Assembly (NCBI GenBank): GCA_030587475.2
Contig: JAUQYZ020000262.1
Location: forward strand, 1-56,128
DNA: 56,128 bases
Direction: 5' to 3'
Source of the DNA: Candidatus Sigynarchaeum calidifontis
GTDB lineage: Archaea > Asgardarchaeota > Lokiarchaeia > Sigyniarchaeales > Sigyniarchaeaceae
The translations under genes were made by a program, and so were the position numbers. The notes beneath the pieces were generated by a model that was not told the DNA's origin, made no database searches, and saw nothing but the letters and a program-made list of their open reading frames with translations. Positions 18,980 to 28,792 of this stretch are shown here, in pieces (position 1 is the first letter of the stretch; every line of letters begins with the position of its first letter).

Positions 18980-21714
18980 ATGACTCGTCGGTGCTGGCTT
19001 TGGGCCAAAATCTGGTAAAACGGAGTAGTCTTGATATCATTGAACGGTTCCTTGCCACACGGGGTTGTCAAATAGATCCAAGACCTTATCTTGAAAGCAT
19101 TCCCGTTTTTTCCAGCGATTACGCCAGCCTTCCCGAGGATATTGTCGAAAAAATTATCCGTGATTCATATGAAGACGCGAACCCCATCGTAAAATTGATA
19201 GCGGGGATGTTCGCAACTGAATTCAAGATTCATATTGGACGTGTCCAAAAGAACCAGATCAAGAAGTATATCGACTATGAGCGTGAAGAAGACCTTCAGA
19301 TGTTTGTAAAACTGATTGGTGATTGTAACATTGACGCAGAAATTATTAAAAAAAGAATTAATGAAATAATTAGAGCAAGATCGTCGATACTCGAACGAAG
19401 TATTCCTGTTTTTTGGAAAAATCTCGAAGATGCAATTACAAATGAAAATTTCGACAGAGTCAAGGATTATCTTGTTTTTCTATATTCACGATTGCTGGCC
19501 TTGAATGAAAACCGTAATATTTCCTTGCGCTTCTTGTTTCAACAAGAAAGCGAGTTGATACGAAAAGAACTCGTTTCTGGAGATGGAAGCAAATCCCGCG
19601 AAGACGATTATCTTGAGCTCGAGAAATTTTGCGAAAATCCCATCGTTGAAGATTATGCATCTATCGTTACGAAGTTCAACAAGAAATATTTAGACATTTT
19701 AGAGAAAGGGGATGACATTCTGGGCAAGAAATCACTCATATATATGAATCTGAACCAAGCATTGTTCGATACAAAAGGAAATAAAAGTGATTTTTTTGGC
19801 TATTTGTTTCATTGCTTAAAAAAAGCTTTCGATCTGCTTCGCAACCATCGAGTTCTCGCTATAAAGGTCGAGAACATCATCCATGCAGGCTTGAATTTGA
19901 AATGGGACATTTATGCCCAAATAACTATTTTCGCGGAAAAATTATTCCCGACGGGATTTAATAGGACTTATTACCGCGCGGAGGAGATATGTGCCGATGT
20001 TATCGAACACAAGATAGGTGAAAGGCTTTCAGACGAAAATCGAGAGCGCCTCAAGCAATTTTATTCCGAAGACCTTCAAAATACCAAAAGTCTTGAAGGA
20101 ATCTTTGCCCGGCCAGAGATTAAAAATACTATCGAGTTTTTCAAGAAACCCCTTGCTGGTTTTTCTTTCGTCGATTGCTATATACTTCAGAACGAGAAAG
20201 TTTTTGAAAATTCGAAGGAAATCAATTTTATTGAAAATAAAAACGAATTGTTACTGGTTTTTTACAAAAATGTTGTCGATGAAAGGAAGATTCCATGCCC
20301 AGTTTGTGGATCCTTGAAGATTTCCGGAAATTCATACACGGAAATCGGTGAAAAGAGCTGGGAATGTAAAAATCCGCTATGCGCTGAAAGGAGCAAGACG
20401 AACAGGGGAAAACGTTATTCTATGCGCACGATCTTTATGCAAGATTCATTGTTCGATTTCAGACCAGAAAACGTGGTTCCGAAAAGCCTCATTAAGGTCT
20501 GGCGCAAGGATTTCGTCGAGCACTGGTCCAATAAGCAGCTTTATGCGATGATTACCAAGTATTACACGTATCCAGGTGAAACAATCCTTGCGATTAACGT
20601 GCAAGACAACGACGAGTTCCAATCTGTCGCATCGCAAGAAAAGCGCAAAGTTGAAACCGTTGCATTCTCAGAATTCGTTCCGGAAAATGACTATGGAAAT
20701 GGCGCATGGGAAGAATTTCTCAATGGGCCGCTCTTTGCACAATTTGTTTACGAAAATTCCAAATCAAGATGGGCTTCCAATGAAATACGCCCTTTTCCCT
20801 TGATGACTGTTAAAAAAAATTCGATATGCATTGTTCAAGACGATTGCATAAGCGTGATGAGACAGATCGAGAAAGATACGATTCAAATCATGATCACTTC
20901 GCCCCCATATTATAATGCCCGTGAATATAGCCAGTGGACTAATTTGTACAATTATTTGAATGACATGTATCGCATGATCGTTCGTGCCAGGGAAATTCTC
21001 GTGCCGGGTGGCGTATTTTTTTACAACATTGGGGATGTCTATGATAACGAAAGGACAATAGTCAAATCAACGATGGGCAACAAAAGGATCCCACTTGGCG
21101 CATATATAATATTGCTATTCCAGAAAGCAGGATTCATATTACTTGACAACGTCGCCTGGTACAAAGGCGAGCCACAAAGCAACAGGCAAAAGAACGACGG
21201 GAACTTCGTCCCGTTTTATCAACGACCAACGAATTGTTATGAGCATATGTTCATTTTCAAGAAGCCAGGGAGTCTAAAGCTCGCGAGGGACAGATCGGGG
21301 AACAAGCTACGTTCCAACGTTCAAAAATTCAGTCCTGTCATCAAGATCGGAAAAGGCGGAATAAACAAGTATGGGCACACAGCACCATTCCCGCCAGAAT
21401 TGCCCTTGCTCGCAATAAATTGCTTTACGAACCCAGGTGAAGTAGTATTCGACCCATATTCAGGTAGTGGCACGACAGCCATCGCTGCAGCTATTTGCGG
21501 CCGCGTTGGTATGGGCACAGAAATCAACCCGGAATATGCTCGCTTGTCTATAAAGATGGCCTGGGAAAAAGGCCTGAGAGCCATACTTTTGAAACGCTCT
21601 AGCAAAGGAGATTTCATCAAAGAAGGAAATTTCCTTCCGGATGCCGTGCATACTCAAAAACAAACAACATTGTACTCGTTTGGTGAAAAAACAGTGGAAA
21701 AGAGAAAGCTATAA
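18976..21714 (+). CDS. Large beta-class (N4C/N6A) DNA methyltransferase: degenerate MTase copy, Cys4 zinc finger and intact MTase
   Basis: C-terminal ITSPPY ... HTAPFP ... FDPYSGSGTT; CPVC...CKNPLC; internal duplication. Confidence 0.85.
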   Translation: MNDSSVLALGQNLVKRSSLDIIERFLATRGCQIDPRPYLESIPVFSSDYASLPEDIVEKIIRDSYEDANPIVKLIAGMFATEFKIHIGRVQKNQIKKYIDYEREEDLQMFVKLIGDCNIDAEIIKKRINEIIRARSSILERSIPVFWKNLEDAITNENFDRVKDYLVFLYSRLLALNENRNISLRFLFQQESELIRKELVSGDGSKSREDDYLELEKFCENPIVEDYASIVTKFNKKYLDILEKGDDILGKKSLIYMNLNQALFDTKGNKSDFFGYLFHCLKKAFDLLRNHRVLAIKVENIIHAGLNLKWDIYAQITIFAEKLFPTGFNRTYYRAEEICADVIEHKIGERLSDENRERLKQFYSEDLQNTKSLEGIFARPEIKNTIEFFKKPLAGFSFVDCYILQNEKVFENSKEINFIENKNELLLVFYKNVVDERKIPCPVCGSLKISGNSYTEIGEKSWECKNPLCAERSKTNRGKRYSMRTIFMQDSLFDFRPENVVPKSLIKVWRKDFVEHWSNKQLYAMITKYYTYPGETILAINVQDNDEFQSVASQEKRKVETVAFSEFVPENDYGNGAWEEFLNGPLFAQFVYENSKSRWASNEIRPFPLMTVKKNSICIVQDDCISVMRQIEKDTIQIMITSPPYYNAREYSQWTNLYNYLNDMYRMIVRAREILVPGGVFFYNIGDVYDNERTIVKSTMGNKRIPLGAYIILLFQKAGFILLDNVAWYKGEPQSNRQKNDGNFVPFYQRPTNCYEHMFIFKKPGSLKLARDRSGNKLRSNVQKFSPVIKIGKGGINKYGHTAPFPPELPLLAINCFTNPGEVVFDPYSGSGTTAIAAAICGRVGMGTEINPEYARLSIKMAWEKGLRAILLKRSSKGDFIKEGNFLPDAVHTQKQTTLYSFGEKTVEKRKL

Positions 21715-21769
21715 CTTGTCGAAAAATGGTTCTCTGATAGGTTTTTATAGGTCAATGGAATTTTGAGGC

Positions 21770-23284
21770 ATGCCGATTAAAATCCTTTTTATAGAGCCAT
21801 CGTTACCTTATGATAATCCGGTTTTCGAGCACGAGATCCCTATTCATGTGGTTCATCTTGCAAATTTTTTGATGGAAAAAATATATCCTAAGCCAAATAT
21901 CGAATTTTTAGATCTCGAATGGGAACGAAAAATCGACATTTCTTTCGATCCATTCAACGTCGTGCAAATTGAAAAGCTTATCATGAGGACAATCGACCAT
22001 TCGTTCAATTTCACGCGTGATGATCGCTTTTTCGTGCTAATATCTTGTTTTTTCACGTATCAATATCTTTCATCCAAAGCCGTACTCGAAGCTATCCAGA
22101 ATTTGCGTAAAGATCATTCTATTGATGTTTGTAAGGTCATTATCGGGGGTTATCATCCCACCATTCTCCCAGACGATTTTCACAATCTAGGCGCGGATTG
22201 CGTGATCCGTGGGGAAGGAGAACTCGCTTTGCTGGAAGTTTTATCACGGAATGGAAATCAATCACCCTATACTGAGATCATCGAAGGAAATATCGTCCGG
22301 GATCTCGATTTGCTTCCCCCTATTGATTTTTCGGTCTATGATAAATATATACCATATTACAAGCATCTTTCTATCACCCTCTCCCGAGGGTGCCCATTCA
22401 ACTGCAATTTCTGCATCGAGAAGAAGTACAAGGCATTCAAGTGCGAAAAAGCTGCCTGGAGGGCCTATTCACCGAGTAGGGCGATTGTGGAGATAAAAAA
22501 TGTCATAAAGTCTTCTGAAAGCATGTTAAAAGAAGGAGATAAACAAATTGGTTTTTACGATCCAATCTTTGGATTTAACGAGCTTTGGTTAGGAAAAGTG
22601 TTGGATTTCCTCCGTGATGGGAATTGCGGCTACCATTTTTGGGCAGAAACGCGCATCGACTCGTTCAAGGTAGAAAGTATACCCGCCATGAAAGCTGCAA
22701 ACGTTTCGTTGATGCTCGGCTTGGAGTCGGGATCACCGAAAATGTTACAGCTCATGAACAAAACAAATGATCCAAAGGGTTTTCTCAACAAACTGGAATG
22801 CATTTTAAATCGAGGTAAAGAAATGAATTACGGGCCGTTTGTTTTGAACTTGATGTTCAATTTTCCCGGAGAAACACCTAATTCCCTCCGGGAGACATTC
22901 GCGTATCTCGACCGGCTCGTCGACACGTGTGGAAACTTCACGGCGGGATCAAATTTCTACAACTTCTTTCCCGGGGACGCAATATTCGCCAACATTGGGA
23001 CGTGGGAAAAGGAACACGGAACGAAGATTCATTTCAAGGAATGGTGGAAATCTCAAGAAACGGCCACCGCGGGCCACGTTCTTGATGCAAGTCGCGATCT
23101 GACGATCCGAGATTCCATCATTCTCGTTCACGAAGGTATGAAGGCTTTTTTCGAGCACGTGATGATGAACGAGGCAAACATTGCCAAGAAGTTTTTTATT
23201 GCTAATAAAATGGCTTTTGAGGTCAAGGTCTTCAAGAAATGGCTTCTCACGATCGACAATCTCTTGCATTGTTATGCCCGTTGA
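21770..23284 (+). CDS. Cobalamin-binding radical SAM protein (class B methylase-like)
   Basis: IIGGYHPT, VIRGEGE, SRGCPFNCNFC, GLESGS, FPGET. Confidence 0.88.
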   Translation: MPIKILFIEPSLPYDNPVFEHEIPIHVVHLANFLMEKIYPKPNIEFLDLEWERKIDISFDPFNVVQIEKLIMRTIDHSFNFTRDDRFFVLISCFFTYQYLSSKAVLEAIQNLRKDHSIDVCKVIIGGYHPTILPDDFHNLGADCVIRGEGELALLEVLSRNGNQSPYTEIIEGNIVRDLDLLPPIDFSVYDKYIPYYKHLSITLSRGCPFNCNFCIEKKYKAFKCEKAAWRAYSPSRAIVEIKNVIKSSESMLKEGDKQIGFYDPIFGFNELWLGKVLDFLRDGNCGYHFWAETRIDSFKVESIPAMKAANVSLMLGLESGSPKMLQLMNKTNDPKGFLNKLECILNRGKEMNYGPFVLNLMFNFPGETPNSLRETFAYLDRLVDTCGNFTAGSNFYNFFPGDAIFANIGTWEKEHGTKIHFKEWWKSQETATAGHVLDASRDLTIRDSIILVHEGMKAFFEHVMMNEANIAKKFFIANKMAFEVKVFKKWLLTIDNLLHCYAR

Positions 23285-23347
23285 ACTTCCGTGCAAGATG
23301 GGAACTATCGAATATCCAAGTGATTGATCGTTCTATTAATAAGATAG

Positions 23348-25048
23348 TTGAAAACCCATCCTGCCAACCATCATTCTATACCTATGCCCACTAGTAATAA
23401 GACACTAGACGCGTTCCTTGGCATAACGAGCAAGACGCGGGAGAGCGAGAAGATCGATATAAAGCGGACGCTCGACCTAGAGGGATTTCCAGATAATGAA
23501 TGGACCTTCAAGGTCGCTAACACGAACGAGTTCACCCATCTCATTTTCCACGAGTACCCAGCACGCATGATACCGCAAGTTGCCCGCAAACTCATCAAGC
23601 TGTACTACCCTCACTATGAAAATAAAGACCACAAGAAGCCGATGTTGGATCCCTTCGGTGGATCAGGTACGAGTTGTGTCGAGGCGATGTTGCGGAACAT
23701 TGATTCCATCGCGTTCGATCTCAACCCGCTGGCTAACATAATACAGAAAGTGAAGACAACACCCATCGATCCGGTTATCCTGAATCACCACCTGGCGTTG
23801 ATCATGCACATCGTGGCCGAAGAGCGAGGGAAAACGTTTCCCGAGATCGTTCCAGCCGTGCCCCAAATCCGGTTTTGGTTCAGTGATCGAGTAATCTCCG
23901 AGCTTTCCGCCATCAAGCATGCCATTTCCACGTCCTTTCCTGAACAAACTGGTGAACGGGAAATTACGACGCAATTGAGAAATTTTTTCCTTGTTTGTCT
24001 TGGAAAAACTGCCCGGGATTGTTCATACCAGCGCAAGGGTGAAAACAAGACATATCGCATTCAAAGGGAAAAGATCGCGGATTTTAACACCAAGGTAAAT
24101 GCAATCTCGCGATTCAAGCAAGTTGCTCAAGAATACATAACAGCTATGGATTCTTATTATTCGTATATCAAGCAAAACAAGTTCACGGCAAGTTGCAAGC
24201 CTGTATTAGGCAATTCCATATTTTTAGAAGGAATAGCAGATAATTCCATAGACCTCGTCGTCACGAGCCCGCCCTATGGGGACAGCCACACGACCGTAGC
24301 GTATGGGCAGTTTTCGAGGTTCCCGCTTGAGTGGATCCTACCGGATACGACGCGGGTGAAGGATATCGACTCGCAGCTCCTCGGAGGCATTGAAAACGAT
24401 GCGGAATTCCCTGAATCCCGATTATTGCTTGAAACTTGCAAGAGTATCATGATCGCGCAGGCACGACAGCAAAAAACCTTGATACTAGCACATTTAAATG
24501 CAATTGAACCTAGCGACCTCGCGGATGTAAAGTTGGAAATGAAAGAACTCGATAATTTTATCAGCGGCGTGGAATCCGCCATCTCTCATGCAGTCGATTT
24601 CCAGGAATTTGCACGTATAAAGAAAGATTACTTTTCACGGCTCGCGAGCGCGCGCTCGGCTGGAACCAAGGGGAACAAGTGGCTTGATGGCCAGGCCCTC
24701 GGGAAGACCGGGCATTTTAAGATATACAGCGACCGCATAGGCTTCGTGCTTTCGTTCTTTGCCGATTTTTCAAAGGTGCTAGCACGCCTCTTCCAAGTAC
24801 TCGATGGCAATCGAAAATGCTGCATCGTCATTGGCAACCGGACGGTTAAAAACGTTAAAATTCCTACAGATCGCATCATAATCGAGCTTGCAAATAATCT
24901 TGGATTTGAACACGTGGATTCATTTCACCGCGACATCCCGAACAAGCGCATGCCATTAAGCAATTCACCATCCAACGTGCCTGGCGAGTTGTCACCCACG
25001 ATGGACAAAGAGATCATCGTTGTACTCAACAAACCTTTTTCTAAATGA
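23348..25048 (+). CDS. Alpha-class DNA methyltransferase, probably N4-cytosine
   Basis: HEYPARMIPQ, LDPFGGSGTS precedes VVTSPPYGDS, IVIGNRTV; true start may be ATG 23384. Confidence 0.85.
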   Translation: MKTHPANHHSIPMPTSNKTLDAFLGITSKTRESEKIDIKRTLDLEGFPDNEWTFKVANTNEFTHLIFHEYPARMIPQVARKLIKLYYPHYENKDHKKPMLDPFGGSGTSCVEAMLRNIDSIAFDLNPLANIIQKVKTTPIDPVILNHHLALIMHIVAEERGKTFPEIVPAVPQIRFWFSDRVISELSAIKHAISTSFPEQTGEREITTQLRNFFLVCLGKTARDCSYQRKGENKTYRIQREKIADFNTKVNAISRFKQVAQEYITAMDSYYSYIKQNKFTASCKPVLGNSIFLEGIADNSIDLVVTSPPYGDSHTTVAYGQFSRFPLEWILPDTTRVKDIDSQLLGGIENDAEFPESRLLLETCKSIMIAQARQQKTLILAHLNAIEPSDLADVKLEMKELDNFISGVESAISHAVDFQEFARIKKDYFSRLASARSAGTKGNKWLDGQALGKTGHFKIYSDRIGFVLSFFADFSKVLARLFQVLDGNRKCCIVIGNRTVKNVKIPTDRIIIELANNLGFEHVDSFHRDIPNKRMPLSNSPSNVPGELSPTMDKEIIVVLNKPFSK

Positions 25049-25054
25049 ACGTCG

Positions 25055-27484
25055 TTAGGAACCGATGTTCAAACGCGCAGCCACGATCTTGTCTATTTTG
25101 GCAATGATGTCGTTTGAAAGGTCGATGGCTCGTACCATGGCTTGAAAATGACGAATGTCGCTGGCTTCCAAGGTTTTACCAATCCTATCATCAAGCCACT
25201 TGCGCAAAACTGCGTATTTCCCGACGTGAAAATCATAGACATCTTCATGAATTGGAAAGAAATATCGTCGCGTGTTGATGTGCAATCGTTCATCGTGAAA
25301 ACGGCTTCCGTGCATTTTTTCAACCGTGTTCGATCCCGTACCTTCGATGCCGCAAGCTGAATTGAAACTGTCCTTTTCCAGCTCTAACAAGTGCAGCAAG
25401 ATCAGCGCCCTTCCAAGCGCACGTAGCTCGCCAAAAAACACCTTGTCTTCCACGAGAGGGACACGTGGTGTCCCTCCTTTCAAGCACGCATTAAATTTTC
25501 GCTTGAACGAGGGGGACCAGAGAATGGCATAGATATAGCCTATCGTTCCTGGAAGATCGTTCTCATCTAACGGGGCTCCCATCCGAGAAGAATAATCCTG
25601 GTAAAGTCTCGATAGGTTCCACGATGTCGTGCCATCGGATGCAATAACGCGAACCGGAAACAAGTAACAATTTGTAGAACTGGTATTCGACAAGAAAATG
25701 ACATCCGTGAAAGCATTAGCGACGAACACGTGGTGAAAATCTCGATCCTTGACGAGCTTGGTAGTCAGCAGTATTAAATTGCCTTCATAACATTGCTGCT
25801 TGGCTTTAATAACCGGACGTGTCCACGCGCGCCGGTCGAAGTAGACGAATCTCACGTCGAATGGCCGGTAGTTGTAACGGATGACCTGGCGCGCATCAAC
25901 CCATAGCGAGGGCGCGTTGCGCAATATTTTTCGCTTGGCTTCTGTCAGACGATGCATTTCTGTATCTTTCGAGGCTTGTAAGAAAAATGCTTTGATCTTG
26001 CGCATCGAGCTATCCCGATCAAAGGAAACAAGCAATTCATCATCGCCCGGCTTTCCCCCAACGCTGTGAAATTTCAATATGTCTTCGATGGACGTGAAAG
26101 AACAATATTCATCTAATACTGTATCATCCGCTTTTTCAGGGGAAAAAGCGAGCAACGGCTCACGAGGATGCTCTATCAAGTGCCACGGGATGCTATGCAA
26201 GTCGTTCGCATCGAGCCAGGCGAGTTTTTCCCCCTTGGTGCCAAAAATCTCGTGATGGTATATTACATGCCGACGTGTAGTCCCATTTCTCGCTTTCAAA
26301 GCGATGAAAATACAAGTACCTTGCTGGATCGGGAAAATATTTTGGTTGACGATGCCAGATGGAACATCTTCTTGGATTTTTGCATTTCCGTGAAGGTCGA
26401 GAATGTATAATTCATCGAAAGAAGCCAGCAAGGAACGCCTCATCCCGCGAAAGATGGGACCCTTAAGAAACGTGTGGTTTACGACGAATCCAAGGATGCC
26501 GAACCCGTTCCGGTCGATTATATCTTGTCCGAATCTGATGAACTTGATATAGTCATCGGACAGCGCTTGAATGTTTTTATCCCCCCTCACGCCCTCCTTG
26601 TACGCGCCCAGTAACGTGTCGATGCGCGTTATCTTGTTCTGGGACGCACGGGAATAGGGCGGGTTACCAATGATTATGGAGAAACCATCAAGAAATGCGG
26701 GATCTTGCTCGAAGGCATTTCCCTCGATGAAAGCAGGGCAGATTTGCTTTGTCTTGAATTTCCGAGAATCCATGATCCGCAACGCGCATCGCATCTGGGC
26801 CAAAGCAAGGGGAACGGGCATTAAATCGATCCCCACGACACGGGGAATGCGCTGGCACGCGTGTTTTTCCAAATGATCAAGCACGTGTAAGAGAAATGTT
26901 CCCGTACCAGTTGCGGGATCAAGTACCTGGATGCCCGCACGTCCATCGACGATGGATCCGTCGGCCAATCCGTCCACGAATCCGAGTTTCTCCTTGAGCA
27001 AGGCATCGACCATGCGCACGATGAACCGAGCGACTGGGTTCGGCGTGTAAAAAACCCCACGTTTGCTTTTCTCGCGAGGTGCATACATTCGCAGGAATCG
27101 CTCGTGGATGTTCGAGATAGCATCATCAAGGCTGCCTGAAAGCTCATTTTTTTTGAGATCGCGTTCTAGGTCGACGTATTTCATAAACTCGGCCAAGGCA
27201 GATGTAGCCCGGGAAATTTCCGCGTTAATGTGCAAAAAATCCCCGCTCGAAAATATTCGTGCACGTCGCAATCGATCGAGAAAGTTTCCATCGCCAAGGA
27301 AACCATCCAGTAGTTCAACCACGTCTTGCTTCACCACGCCGGTGATTTTTGCATTCAGCAGCCCATACACGATACCTTGCGCCGCCAGGTCACTAATGTC
27401 TTCGCCAGCGCCATGAGAATCGATTATACTCTTGATTAACAGCGCGCATTCGGCCATTCGATTAGCAATATTTTCCAGGCTCAC
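25055..27484 (-). CDS. Type ISP-like N6-adenine methyltransferase plus specificity domain (no helicase or nuclease visible)
   Basis: RGVFYTP, LDPATGTGTFL, IIGNPPY, DDYIKFIR, LDLHG, YRPFD, YIYAIL, VLRKWLDDR. Confidence 0.85.
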   Translation of the reverse strand: MSLENIANRMAECALLIKSIIDSHGAGEDISDLAAQGIVYGLLNAKITGVVKQDVVELLDGFLGDGNFLDRLRRARIFSSGDFLHINAEISRATSALAEFMKYVDLERDLKKNELSGSLDDAISNIHERFLRMYAPREKSKRGVFYTPNPVARFIVRMVDALLKEKLGFVDGLADGSIVDGRAGIQVLDPATGTGTFLLHVLDHLEKHACQRIPRVVGIDLMPVPLALAQMRCALRIMDSRKFKTKQICPAFIEGNAFEQDPAFLDGFSIIIGNPPYSRASQNKITRIDTLLGAYKEGVRGDKNIQALSDDYIKFIRFGQDIIDRNGFGILGFVVNHTFLKGPIFRGMRRSLLASFDELYILDLHGNAKIQEDVPSGIVNQNIFPIQQGTCIFIALKARNGTTRRHVIYHHEIFGTKGEKLAWLDANDLHSIPWHLIEHPREPLLAFSPEKADDTVLDEYCSFTSIEDILKFHSVGGKPGDDELLVSFDRDSSMRKIKAFFLQASKDTEMHRLTEAKRKILRNAPSLWVDARQVIRYNYRPFDVRFVYFDRRAWTRPVIKAKQQCYEGNLILLTTKLVKDRDFHHVFVANAFTDVIFLSNTSSTNCYLFPVRVIASDGTTSWNLSRLYQDYSSRMGAPLDENDLPGTIGYIYAILWSPSFKRKFNACLKGGTPRVPLVEDKVFFGELRALGRALILLHLLELEKDSFNSACGIEGTGSNTVEKMHGSRFHDERLHINTRRYFFPIHEDVYDFHVGKYAVLRKWLDDRIGKTLEASDIRHFQAMVRAIDLSNDIIAKIDKIVAARLNIGS

Positions 27485-27886
27485 GTGTTCGCAAATTTCA
27501 GGTTGGTTTATGGCTTTTCACCGCGGTTTAGGTGATGAGCAGGTCTCCATCCTTTTTATAATGGAGGTCAAACTGGCAAGACATCCATCTCGAATCCGTC
27601 CGATTTCGACTGGGATAAACTCGTTTGATTCAATCATCACGGTTCAGCTATGAGGTTTTTGCCAAGTGGGAAGAGAAAAATGTTACGTTGCGAGAAGTTG
27701 CTAAAAACGAACCCTTAGCATTGTATATAATCCCGATTTTCTTAGCTTTACATGTCCATAAGATCAGGAATTATCGCCTCCACGAGCCGATTAACCGCTA
27801 TTCAAGACGCTGCTCAGAGTACCCGCCGTTTCTAGACCCGGAATATGAATCCAAAGAGGTGAACGCGCACGACAGAAGAATTCAAG

Positions 27887-28141
27887 ATGCTATGGCTGGA
27901 AAACTTGCTCGACGTTGAAAAAATAATCAACTTGATGGAATCATGCGATAAGGAATGCAGCAAATGCACAAAAGAGCAGAAAAACGATTGTTTGCTCGAA
28001 ATGCGCGAGTCTATCCATAGTCTCGCGATCCATTTCAAGAATTCGATATACTCGTTCGTGGAATTCCTTAGCGCGGGGGAACAGCAATCCTCCGAATCTC
28101 AAAAGCAAGACCAGCAAGAAAGACCACATATCTATACTTGA
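27887..28141 (+). CDS. Small Cys-motif protein with C-terminal IYT (HbYX-like) tail
   Basis: CDKECSKC-x7-C, amphipathic helix, Q/S-rich tail; upstream GAGGTGA. Confidence 0.6.
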   Translation: MLWLENLLDVEKIINLMESCDKECSKCTKEQKNDCLLEMRESIHSLAIHFKNSIYSFVEFLSAGEQQSSESQKQDQQERPHIYT

Positions 28142-28219
28142 TTTTTCCCACGGGTATTTTCACGAAATTTCCATGCACGCGTCCTGTCATGCATCGAAGA
28201 CCCGCGAGAAAAGAATGAA

Positions 28220-28747
28220 TTAAATTTCTTTTTGTTCCTTGAAGACGCCGTTATATTCGGCATTCCCTTCACAGCGCTCAAAGATGATCTGGGCGATCTG
28301 GATGCCTGGACGCAACTTTATCGCGTTTCGGCTCGCATTAAAGATTTCAAATACTTGCCGGTTGTTTATTCCTGGCTGCAAGAAGCTCGCAGTAACATGG
28401 ACCATGAGGCCCATCCGTGCGAAGCGGCTGCGGCCTTGGAGATGACCCGCGATGTCTGACGGGAGCTTTATGGTTTCCTCGGTCATGCCAAGTACAAGCT
28501 CGCCGGGCTTGAGCAAGTAATATCCATCGGCGGGGATATCGACGATTCGCGTGATGCTCGCGATCGCATTCGCATCCTTGGCGACGATAGCAACGTCGAT
28601 CTCGTTGAGGCCTTCCATAAAGACACGAAGCTGGTGATGGAGCGTGACGTTATAGGAGGCGCTTTCTAAAGCATTCGTCTTGAACGGGACGATCGATAAC
28701 TTACCCGACTGGATCAACGCAGAGATGATGTCACGAGTGAGGATCAT
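28220..28747 (-). CDS. dcd: dCTP deaminase
   Basis: ASYNVTL, GRSRFARMGL, EIFNA, IAQIIF. Confidence 0.85.
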   Translation of the reverse strand: MILTRDIISALIQSGKLSIVPFKTNALESASYNVTLHHQLRVFMEGLNEIDVAIVAKDANAIASITRIVDIPADGYYLLKPGELVLGMTEETIKLPSDIAGHLQGRSRFARMGLMVHVTASFLQPGINNRQVFEIFNASRNAIKLRPGIQIAQIIFERCEGNAEYNGVFKEQKEI

Positions 28748-28792
28748 GAGTGTCGCTTCGATCTGTAGAGGAAAATTGGGATATAAAACGGA

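Noticed and set aside
24450-24730. Intein in the alpha-class MTase
   Set aside because: No C/S start block or HN-C/S/T terminus
9069-27484. CRISPR-Cas, BREX or DISARM
   Set aside because: No repeat-spacer array, cas genes, PglZ, BrxC ATPase or helicases are visible
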